Positions 53,300 through 64,000 of a DNA stretch of 64,000 bases are shown here, piece by piece. The stretch covers positions 12,338,001-12,402,000 of the forward strand of contig CM114271.1 in assembly GCA_050084515.1 (NCBI GenBank). The letters run 5' to 3'. The stretch is from Blasia pusilla. Taxonomy: Eukaryota. Position 1 is the stretch's first letter. Each line of letters starts with the position of its first letter. The translations under genes were made by a program, and so were the position numbers. The notes beneath the pieces are model-generated. The model made no database searches, was not told the DNA's origin, and was given only the letters and a program-made list of their open reading frames with translations.

Positions 53300-54539
53300 T
53301 ACGCTGAAGGGACTAGGGATCCGCATTGAGTTGTCGAGTGATACGTCGATCTTCCGATGACCCTACAAGTACAGTGATATGGAGAGGGCTTTGATTCAGA
53401 GTAGGAGCCACGACTTGGTTGGAGCAGGATTAGTGGGGATGTCGCATTGGAGTATGCATCTGCCACTGTCATGCCCGCCAAGAAGGATGTGCATGGCAAC
53501 TAGACGGATAGGCGGATGTGTGGTGATTACCGACCTATCAATCGGCAGACGAAGTCCAATAGGCATGCCATGCCCACCCCTGAGGAGATCTTTGATGCTT
53601 TTGGTCATGCAAAGGTTTTCAGTTCATTGGATTTGCGAGCCGAATACCATCAGCTGCCTATCAGATTGGAGGACAGGCAGAAGATGACATTTTGGGGCAT
53701 CGATCCTCACGGGAGGGATTGTTTGTACAAGTGGCGGTTCTTACCATTTGGGTTAAAGAACGCCCCGGCTGAGTTTTAGAGGGTCATGGATAGGATCTTG
53801 GCTGGTCTGGATTTTGCTAGGTGTTATATTGATGACATCGTAGTCTTTAGCACCACGGTTGAGGAGCATGAGCGACATCTAGAGGAGGTATTTTGACAAT
53901 TGCAATTACATGGGCTGAAGCTACATCCAGGCAAGTGCAAGTTCTTCTACGACCAGATTGAGTACTTGGGTAATACAATATACCTAGGGGGCCTTGGTGT
54001 TCAGCAGACAAAGGTAGAGGCTATCTCACGCATTCCACGCCCTACAGATGTGAGTCGTGTTCGCGCATTCATGGGATTGGCGAACTTCTATCGGCGGTAT
54101 GTCAAGGGATTCAGTTCGATTGCAAAGCCGCTGACCTTGCTGAACAAGGTGGATCACGAGTGGCACTAGGGGGATGAGCAAGAGCAAGCATTTCAGTTGC
54201 TCAAGGATAGGGCCCATCTTGAGGAGACCAATTAGGGGACTTCCTTTCCAGTTACACACAGATTGGAGCATGTTGGGGCTTGGAGCGGTGCTTACCCAGT
54301 ATGATGATGAGGGTAGAGAGTTCGTGGTGGCTTACGCTAGCCACTCAAACAATGCTGCAGAGGCGAAGTATAGCTCGTATGAGCATGAGTGCTTGGCTGC
54401 GGTGTGGGCTGTCGCGTATTTCAGGTGTTACTTATTCGGCAATCCCTTTACCATCATCATTGATCATCAACCACTGAAGTGGTTGATGGAGTCCAACAAG
54501 CTTACAGGAAAGCTTGCGAGATTGGCTCTGTTGTTGCAG
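53300..54539 (+). pseudogene. Gypsy reverse transcriptase and RNase H
   Basis: RMCGDYRPIN, FSSLDLRAEYHQ, LPFGLKNAP, YIDD (53825-53836), KCKF, FMGLANFYRRYV, FQLHTDWS..GLGAVL, YSSYEHECLA, DHQPL. Confidence 0.95.
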
Positions 54540-54594
54540 GGATCTTGGAAGATTGGCGTGTCACTCGATAACTCAATGCGGATCCCTAGACCCT

Positions 54595-57182
54595 TGTGAT
54601 ACCCGCAATTTTGTACTTTTGAAGATTTAGAGTTTTTTATTCGAAGAAAACTTGTGTATACATAATGATTTTGGATATTGTGGTTGTGTACTAGAAGAAT
54701 GAGTAATACTGAAAGAGATCACGAAGCTCCTAGGACAAGGCAGAGAGGTGGAAGATCAAGGATTTGCCTTAGAGGAGAGAGAAATGCAGTAACGAAGTCT
54801 AAAGACTCGGAGCGAAGCTTGAAAAATCAATGAAGCCCTATTGAGAACTTGTTCATGAAGTGCTTCGCTCTTGAACGAAGCATAAAGACGAAGAGGAAGA
54901 AGTACTTGGCTCTTCAGTGAAGCACAAAGCACTTGAAACCAGAGCGAAGAATGGAGCGCTTCGTCTTCAGATCAGGAGAAAGAGATTTGTCCTCAAGTGA
55001 AGCAAAAGAGGTCTAGACTTCGCAGCGAAGCAAAGCTAAGACTCGAAGTGATTTCAAGAGGCATACTGATAGAACAGTTAGACTAGGAAGAGGCGCAACT
55101 TTTGGTATCAGATAGGAAGTTAATACAGTTACGATTAGCGGATTCACAGGGATCATAGGAAAAGAAACCACCATAGATCTAGGTAGTTACAATTGTTGAA
55201 GAAATACCAGATTCCTCAAGAACGCTTCGAATCCTTAGAACCACTCCTACTTCGGAGAATATTTAAGAAGCATGAAAGTAGCTATCATCATTATTCTTTC
55301 ACAAAGTCCTTATGCTGTAGGAATGGTCCGAGCAAGGGAGTAGTACCCTCTCACGCTTGTATACACTTTTGAAGCTTTCTCATTCTTGATGGAGTAGTAA
55401 AGTACTCGTTTCTTCATTCTGATGTGCGATGCATATGTCTGAGTATTCTCATTGGGTCTGTAGAGTGAAGAGTGAATCAAGAGAAGCTTTTCATCAATAG
55501 AATAATCAGCACAGAGTTGTAAGAAATTTGTTCGACAGAGAGTAGCTTGCCTAGACGGATTGAGTTTTGAAAGTAGGAGAAGACAACTTCTTGTTGAGGT
55601 CTTTGTGAGGTTCTTTGATGCTGAGTGAAGATCTACCTAAGCGTGATTTCAACTCCACTAGAGAGAATAGAGGAAAGAAATATTGGTACTAAGAGAGATC
55701 TGAAGAAATTGATAAGTCATTAAATCTGAATTATATACACTTAATTACAACTAGTGCAAGATAAACAACATCTTGACCTCTCTTTCCACATGTGATACCC
55801 ACAATTTTGTACTTTTGAAGAAATACATCTTTTTATTCAATGAAGACTTGTATATATATTATGATTTTGATTATTATATATTATTATGGAGAGGAATGAG
55901 TAAAATTAAAGTGAATCATGAAATTCCAAGGACAAGGTAGAGAGATAGAGAATCAAGGATTTGCCTAAGAGGAGAGGAGAATAAAATAACGAAGTCTAAA
56001 GACCCAGCAAGAAGCTTCGGAAGGACAACAAAGCTCTGTTAAGCTCTGATAAGCTCTGTCTATGAAGTGCTTAGCTCCTAAACGAAGCATAACGAAGCAT
56101 GAAGAAGAAGAAGAAGAAGAAGAAGAGAAAGAAGTACTTCGCTCTTGAACGAAGCTCGAAGAACGAAGCACCTAGAACAAGAACAAAGAATAGAGCACTT
56201 CTTCTTTAGATCAGGAGAAAGAGCTTCGTCCTCAAGCAAAGCAAAAGTGGTCCAGACTTAGCAGTGAAGTTAAGCTAAGATTGACAGTGATTTCAAGCGA
56301 CACATAGTTAGAACAGTTAGAATAGGAAAAGGCGCAACTCTTTGTATAAGATAGGTAGTTAAGACAATTTTGTTTTGTGGATTCATAGGGATCTTAGGAA
56401 AAGAGAGGAGCACCGTAGATCTAGGTAGTTACAAATGTTGAAGAGACACCAGCTTCATCAAGAACGCTTTGAATCTTTGGATCACTCCTACTTTAGAGAG
56501 TATTTAAGAAGCATAGAAGTAGCTATCATCATCATTCTCTTACGGAGTCCTCATGCTGTAGGAATGGTCCGAGCAAGGGAGTAGTATCCTCTCGAGCTTG
56601 TATACACTTTTGAAGCTTTCTCATTCTTGATGGAGTAGTAAAGCTGTCATTCATTCTTTCTGATGTGCGATGCTTATGTTTGAGTATTCTTTTTGGGTCT
56701 GTAGAGTGAAGAGTGAATCAGGCGAACCTTTCTCATCAATGGAATAATCAACATAGAGTTGTAGGAAATTTGTTTCATAGAGAGTAGCTTGTCGAGAATG
56801 ATTGAGTTTCGAAAGTAGGAGAAGCCAGCTTTCATGTTGAGGTCTCTGTGAGGTTTCTTGATATCGAGAGGAAATCTACCTGAGCGTGCTATCAACTCCA
56901 CTAGAGAGAATTGAGAAAAGAAACCTTGGTACTAAGAAAGATCCGAAGATATTGATAAGACATTGAATATAAATCATACACATTTAAATACAACTATTAC
57001 AATAGAATTGTAATTTTGAACTCTCTTTTCATCAAACAATGATCCTCTTGGGGATCGAACTCAGTAAACGATTATAAAATTGAAACTCTTATACATTACA
57101 CCATATAATCATGATCCTCTTGGGAATCGAACTCACTAAATTAATGTAAAAAGATCAATTCTTATACTTCTTGTACATTACA
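54595..57182. mobile_element. Tandem pair of LTR-like units (54595-55790 and 55791-57182) with a 5-bp TSD
   Basis: Both units start TGTGATACCC and end in CA, and are colinear over ~1.15 kb; ACCCT is duplicated at 54590-54594 and 57183-57187; no coding capacity seen. Confidence 0.88.
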
Positions 57183-57636
57183 ACCCTTCAGCGTACCCAA
57201 ATCATGCATTCTAAATACAAAACAACTCCTATAACTCCTAAGGAACTCGTGTACGCGGCGTCGCTCTCCTCCTATCAACGTAGGGCCCATATCTGGCTCC
57301 CAAGCCTCCATCGGGATTATGGTAGGACTCTCCGGCGTGGGTTTTTGTGGTTGCTATGGTGCAATCCCCTCTCGGACAACAAAACTTGACTGCTCCCCTG
57401 CAGTCAACTACAAAATTGGATCTCCATATGCAGTACCCGGAACCACGCTTGATGCTATGGCTACCATCTCCTAGCGTACCTGCAAAACATCCCAAGAAGC
57501 CCAAGGGTATCTCTCTCGATCACCTTTGGTGTGTCGATCTCCTCGGGTCTCGCCCCCAGTTACTGCCTCAACCGTCTTGGTAGGCATGGGGCTCACCAAA
57601 CGCAACTCTTGTGATCTGTCGCATCCTCAAATGACG

Positions 57637-58599
57637 CTACTCAGCTACTCCTAAGGTGAAAATCCATGTCAAGCAATTCAAGTCCATCGCCTGGCCAAAG
57701 ACATGACATTGTGATGCCTTTGATAGTGACGGTACTGCTGTCACTCCTGTGGGGAATCCCATCGCTCGCTCTCGCTCATCAACATTGGGCTCCACCAACC
57801 TCTGTACATGGTCATCCCAAACCAAGCTAAGTCCGGCCTCCTTGAATGTATAGGAAGCGGGAAAACTCACCAATGTGGGAAAGGCTACCCGTGGCATGGC
57901 AATCTTGTTGACCACAGTCAACGACTTTTGATCAGCGTGCCTCACTGCTTGTGATCGACCGCCCGGATCCAATATAGAATCCACCAACAAATCGGAAGGG
58001 CGCTCCACTCTTGCATATGCCCTCCGCAACACCTCGTGTGGTACCAAGTTGATACACCAAAGACACGGACAATGTGCTCGTGAATCCACACTTGCCGCAT
58101 CCAACAAAACTGTGGGGCCAATCCATGCGCGCATCTGATGTGCACTCGTCACCACATGGGACCTTGAATAGCCCAAAATCGGTATATTCTCCAGAATGTA
58201 TGTTGGAGGACGAGACTGATGCTCTTGGAAGTGTTGCAAGATCCGTATCATCTCCCAAAACAAGCTGGACCGAGAGTCGGCTAATCCGCTACCCCGTCTA
58301 GCACTTGACTCGCTCTGACATGGCCAACCAGCAATGACCAAGTCTATGGTCCCTACTCGCTCCAAGTCCTGCGCCCCCAACAATGAAATGCCCCTCAATA
58401 GGGAACTTTGGTAACCTTGGATGGCAGACGTACACAACAAGTCGGGAAAGCGAATGCATAACTATGCCACATGATGAAGTGAAGCACACCTCGCAACATC
58501 ATCAATCTCCACATAGAGGTACTGCTGCACATGTACTCTTGTTTGCAAAATAGCAGCTAACCTTGTGTTGATCCCTCCAAAGAGATCCAACACCCGAAT
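57637..58599 (-). pseudogene. DNMT3-like C5 cytosine methyltransferase domain, copy 2 (no large insertion)
   Basis: IRVLDLFGGINT, IDLVIAGWPCQ, GLADSRSSLFWE, YILENI, DAASVDSRAHCPCLWCINL, ERERAMGFPTGVT, HVFGQAMD; one stop near 58462, then a 267-codon open stretch. Confidence 0.93.
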
Positions 58600-60557
58600 A
58601 CCCTCCTCTAGGATGTGCCACATAATGGGTGTGGTGTCCAAGGGCGTCATCATAGCACTCTTGACTACCTTGGGTTCCTCTGATCCGTAACATTCTAGTG
58701 CAAACGTCTTACTCCACGCGGTTTGCACATGCTCAATGGCTAAGCGTCGAAGCTCCTCAGTCAAGCCCGAAAGCGGGTCCTCTCCTCCACGGACGCATGC
58801 GGCAACCATGACACTCCTCTCCATAGAAATATGAGGAACGGGCATATCCTCTCAAATCAAGTTCCTCAATCAAATCACTAGGCCAAGAGATGGCGTTACT
58901 AAATGTTGCTAAGGTCACCATCTCTCCTGGCCGTCGCTCAATCACTCCACATGTGAATCGAATGGTTAATGAGCTAAGGCGCCCATCACCTGACTCCCAT
59001 CTTGGTCTGTAGGATGCTCATTGCTCCCAATAATCCAGGGAAAATCCCATCGGGTATAACATTGCTCCACCAACCAAGACGTCATAAGACTCTCCATCAA
59101 TCACTATCGCCTTGGCTCGCACCACGGACTCATATGTAGGGTGTCCTAGGCAAATCCTCACCATGACCTCTTGTCGGGTGATATACTGGGTGGTACTCGT
59201 TCCATCCAAGGATGTCTATATCCAAAATGGACAACGCTCCACATCGGCTCTTGTCAAGCCCAATCCTTTGAATGACGCTTTCCCCAACATCAAGGGTTGC
59301 GCTCTTGAATCCAACAAGACGCGTTGTGGACTAAAAGCTCTACCTTCTGGACTCACCAACTCGAAGACCTCTCCCCGGTTATCTAGCAACACAACACGAA
59401 GAGAAGCCATTGCACGCTCTATCGCGGGTCTAGCCGGCATCTCCTAGCAACTGCAGCCTGCCATGAATCCGATGTGGACGGTCCGAGCATCCAATCCGAG
59501 GGCAGGTCCATCATCTCCTCTGCAATCACCATTGAACGTGATGCAGGAACTTCAACTCCACGCTCACATAGCGTAGTGGCCAGCCAAAAAACCTCGGCGG
59601 GTGTACCTCCAAAAGTCATAACATCAGAAGCAAAAAATAAAGGAGCGCGGTACACAACAATGGCCATCCCCAACAATATGCTCGACACATGCCCCTCCTG
59701 AGCATCAGCAATAGGAGTCGTTGCACTCGCTTCTCCCATCGCCCTTTGTGTCTGCATACCAACAACATCACCAACTCTACGCGAACTCTGATCAGGACCC
59801 ATCAATGGGGTCTTCATTGCCTCGGACGATGTGAAAGACTGAGGAAGCGTGGTCTGTTTCCCAGCTTCCCTTTGATGTGGATCTAACTCTACGATTGCTC
59901 CATGCGTCACAAGTGCGGAGGCCTCCATCTGGGCAACCCCGCACATCCAACCAGGATCCTCCATATCTCTAGCTGCTCCATATGATGTCGATGCCACGGA
60001 TCCGACATCAGGTAATCTCAATGCCATAGTGGAAATCTGCTCATGTAGTTGTTGTATTTGAGTAGCCATCCCAGCCTCACGTTTGGCGTCTCCCACAACG
60101 CGTCTAGGTGGTGGGACTCTACCTCCTACACGAGTAGCCCCACCATCCTGTCGGGCAACTCCAACTCCTCGTCCCCCAACAGGACCACTTGGTGGATGTG
60201 CGGGCCAAACACCCAAACCAGCAACTTGCTGTGGTGCCCTCTAGCCCTCGGTCCAAACGTAACTCAGGGTGTAAATTGAAACACCTAGCGCATGTGTGAC
60301 CATACCTCTAAAAATAGTCCCAATGACAACCTCCTGGTGCAGCACCATCTCCTCCTCCATGCTGAGGCACACGTCTAGGACCTTGACGAGTGCAATCGCA
60401 CTGATGATGGGCTCCACCACATGACCAACAAGAAATCGTAGGCGGCTGCTGCTGAGCCGCATATGAAGGTGCAGGTTTCTATGGCATGGCCTCCCAGTAT
60501 CCTCCGTGTGTTGGCGGTGCCACAATTAACCTATCTCGGAGTCCACGTTGTTGCACT

Positions 60558-63500
60558 AAGGAGCGTTTCTTGTTGGCCAATAAGCAATGATCTCCTCCCA
60601 AAAGTCAAGGATGAATCCTAGGGGATATAATATTGTACTCCCCACCAACACATCGTATGACTCAGTTGGTGTCGTAATTGCACGTGTGCGCACCATAGCA
60701 CTATCCGTTGCATGCTCTGGCTGGACTCTGACAACTATCTCCTATCGAGTCATATAGTGCGTGGGTGACACGCTCCCAATCGAGGTCTGTATTTGGAAGG
60801 GACAAGGCTCAATGTCAGCCTTCCGTAACCCCAAAGCTAAACAAGCCGCCTTCCCTAACATCAAGGGCTGCGCTCCCGAATCAAGTAGGACACGTTGTGG
60901 GTGGTATGTTGTCCTCATCGGACTAACCAAGCGAAATACTCCAGCTCCGTTATCTAGTTACACTTCTCCAAGCATCACCACTGCTCACTTCATGGCCGGT
61001 CGAGCTAGCATATCTACCAACTTCGTTGCCGCCGCGTGCCATGACCTTGTGGGGAACGTCCCGAGCAATGGCTCTGAGGGCAAGTCCACCACCTCCTCAA
61101 CTACCTCTGAACAAGAAGCAGTCACCTCTCCACGCTCACACAACGTGGCGGCCAGCCGGAACATCTCAGCTGGTCCAACTCCCAACGTCGCCAACTCTAT
61201 GGCAGAAAATAGCAAGTCTAACTTACTCTTGTGGCCTCCAACACTATGGTCGACACTGATTCCACTCGAGCCGGCATAGGATTTGTCACTCCAACTCCTT
61301 GTGATGTCGACGTACATGCCTGAGTTGTAGGCACCGCTGGTCGTCGAGGCACCATCGATGGTATGTGTAGTGCCTCCAAAAATGTGAATGACTGTGAAAC
61401 CTTGGCCCACTGCCCATCGGTCCCCTTCGATGGGTCAATCTCAACTCCACCGCTCGATGGCTCGGTGCCTCTTGCAGCACCCCGAGTCACCACTACAACT
61501 GCCTCAACCTGAGTTGCACTACACATAAACCCCATACTAGCAAGATCCTCACCTGGGTCAGGGTAAGAGGTAGAAGCTAGAGCCACACTAGCTGCTCGCG
61601 ACTCCGTGCCTTCCCTAAGCTGCATCATCGTCATGGCAGCAATCCTCTGCTCCAACTGATCGATGTGTGAGAGAAGTGCCGACTCTGGTGCTCCTGCTCT
61701 ATCTCCTCTGGCCGGTGGTGGTCCTCTACCACCACGTGCAGGAAGAACTCCCCGATCTCCTTGAAGACGATCGCCCCCAAGCCCTTGGCCTACCTCTAGA
61801 AGTGCCTCTCGACGAAGCTCAAAACATCTATCCCTAGTGTGAACATATCTGTGGCAATAGTCACACTAGTACTGTGGTGGGGCCATCCTCTATGGCTCCT
61901 CAGCAATCGGAAGCGCTCGTGGTCCTCTCCCATGTTGTAAGCACTCTCTGCCTACGGGCCCCTCCACACGTCCAACAAGACAACATCGGTCCCTACTGGG
62001 CAACATATGTAGGTACGAGTACCCAGCCTGCTCTCTGGTCACACTTGTCCGCTCACGTGGTACCGGTGCTCGCTGTGGCACCTGTGGGATCACCTTCACT
62101 CGTGGACCCATCGATTCTTGAGAAAATCCAGCGGTCACTACCTGCTCCTCACTCATGTTGAGCTCAATACGCTCAAACAACTCAAAGACCACCTTCAATA
62201 TGGGCTTCGCTATGTGAATCAACACCGCATCTCGGACTCTCCTCCGTAGTTCTCAATCTAGAACCCCATAATAATACTGGACTAACTGCGCCTCAGTCAC
62301 TCCATACGTAGCAATGATCAGCCTCCTCATGCGTGTGAATGCCTCTCTCAGACTCTCATCCGATTGTCGCTGAAAATCCTGTAGACTCTTAAGCTTGTCG
62401 GTGCGTACGCCTTGGTAGCTCTTCCCCAACTATCGGAAGAACTCCATTGTGGGGCTGAAGCAGGATGGCCCTCTACCACCAGAGGTTTCTGCCACATCGC
62501 TTGTCTCACTGCCCTCCTCTCCATCTAGTCTCCGGGCTGATGGTGTGGGTCTCTCTCCTCTCATGATCTCATCATATGCCTTGCGACCACTAGTGGACAC
62601 ATACCATGGAGCCCAATTCATCCTCGAGGCATCAATCTCTACTAAATATAGTGATCAAAACTCCATGTAGTCATCCATCGAAGGAAGCTCCAAGTGTTGG
62701 GTTGAACCGTGTCGGGGTCTGTATCTCCTGGAAGTCGCAACACGTGTCGAACTCCTAGATAAAATCATTTAAGTCAATGGTGCCCATTGCACCCGAGAAA
62801 CGACGCATGCCTTGATGGCCCATGTCGTCCATCTCCTGCCAAGTGATACTGCCTCCATCTGCAATCTTGTCACCAGACCCAGTGTCTAGTGATGACGATC
62901 CAACCATGGATGGATGTTGAGGCAGCTCCTCACTTGTAACCCCTCGGTATCTCAGTCCACTCCGTGTCACACCACTACTACTGCTCGCACTATCCTGTTC
63001 TTCCAAACCCTGGAAGAACGATGTGATGACAACCTTGTCTTACTTGCTCAAGCATTGAGACTCACCGAGAGTCTCCCACACTCCTCATTAGCTCACCTAT
63101 GCTAACGTCAATTCTGTGACGACACACCCAACCTCACGCACACTCAACACTTGGGCTCACCATGAGCCTCCCACTAACTCACCTAACCTACCAACACGCT
63201 CGGGTCATACATACAACCCCTACTTGGCAACCGCCGCATATCCACCAACATGCTACACATCAAAAGAGTCTACACTCGTCACCATCACTGCACCCACCTA
63301 GCACAAGATTCTACTTGATACCCAGCACTCTCAATCACAGAAGATAAGTGCGAGAAAAGGGACTCGAATGGGTAACTTGATCATGCCCTCCAACCTACGC
63401 ATCGTCAACACTCACTCCTCCATGTGGCACGGCAACCTCTGCAACATGATACTCTCCTCGACCAACACGTCAAACCTCCCATCAATAGATGCAGCCTACC

Positions 63501-63600
63501 CGTCGGCATCAGTGCATGTATCTCCAGCACTCCACTCCGTCGAAACACTCTCCACCACAAACTGATGGTGCGGACTCATCTCACTCCCAATCCGCAACAA
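60558..63600 (-). mobile_element. 5' part of a related Gypsy subfamily: leader, gag, protease; truncated after the protease
   Basis: WQEMDDMGHQGMRRFSGAMGTIDLNDFI, PQRVLLDSGAQPLMLGK, YDVLVG; gag closely resembles 15200-17050. Confidence 0.88.
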
Positions 63601-64000
63601 ACAACCATTACCAATGGACTATGAAGGTCCTCGGAAAAATTTCAACCCTGAGAAATCCAAGGTTAGCCCGCTCTACCATGTCCACGCCCACCCACTTCTT
63701 CTACCTTGCTCAACCCCGTTGACCCTACAACCACGTCGACCGCCCAACCTTGTAAAGTCACAACCACGTTACCCACATCCAGGATTCTATCGTCCATCCC
63801 AACCACATCCGCCCGTTCCCTTACCACGTCCCCTTGGCATCTACCATGTCGATGCGGGGTTGGCTGGCCTGCGTCCCTATGCGGGATGGGCCTCTTTAAA
63901 TGCGAGGGGGGTAAGGGATGGCCCCGGCGGATGGCCCTCGAGATGGCCCCCGGGGATGGTTGGCGGATGGTCCGCTCACTCTGCCAATCTGCCTCGTCAA

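Larger units (their letters stand above)
45942..54539 (+). mobile_element. Ty3/Gypsy element with DNA cytosine methyltransferase: A repeat, leader, gag, protease, DNMT, RT, RNase H; 3' truncated
   Basis: Colinear domains on + with stops and frameshifts; ends at KLARLALLLQ where an inverted copy begins. Confidence 0.92.
54540..60557 (-). mobile_element. Second, inverted DNMT-Gypsy copy (gag C-terminus, protease, DNMT, start of RT), interrupted by 54595-57182
   Basis: Reverse complement is colinear with 49074-53360, minus the 1-kb insert; protease RVLLDSRAQ; 54540-54594 continues the same sequence beyond the insertion. Confidence 0.92.

Noticed and set aside
57637-58599. Host DRM/DNMT3 gene or bacterial restriction-modification MTase
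   Set aside because: Intronless, no UBA/PWWP/ADD domains, motif order not DRM-permuted, and embedded between Gypsy protease and RT in two copies.

Overview
Repeat-rich eukaryotic DNA, almost certainly a land plant: it has a spliced SGR5/IDD-type zinc-finger gene and an LRR receptor remnant. A non-flowering lineage is my guess, not shown by the sequence. One intact host gene (SGR5/IDD14-16-like C2H2 factor, 4 exons, 35834-40035) sits among decayed transposons: a CACTA transposase, a hAT transposase, a hAT-type MITE with an 8-bp TSD, a LINE remnant, a chromovirus chromodomain, and LTR-like repeats. The dominant and most interesting component is a Ty3/Gypsy family present as 8-9 nested fragments. 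Pieced together across copies it reads: gag with CCHC knuckle, aspartic protease, DNMT3-like cytosine-5 methyltransferase, RT, RNase H, integrase, PHD finger. Its termini look like split direct repeats (A at the 5' end, B-A-B at the 3' end) rather than two ordinary LTRs. No single copy is complete or intact, and all calls come from reading motifs by eye without database searches.
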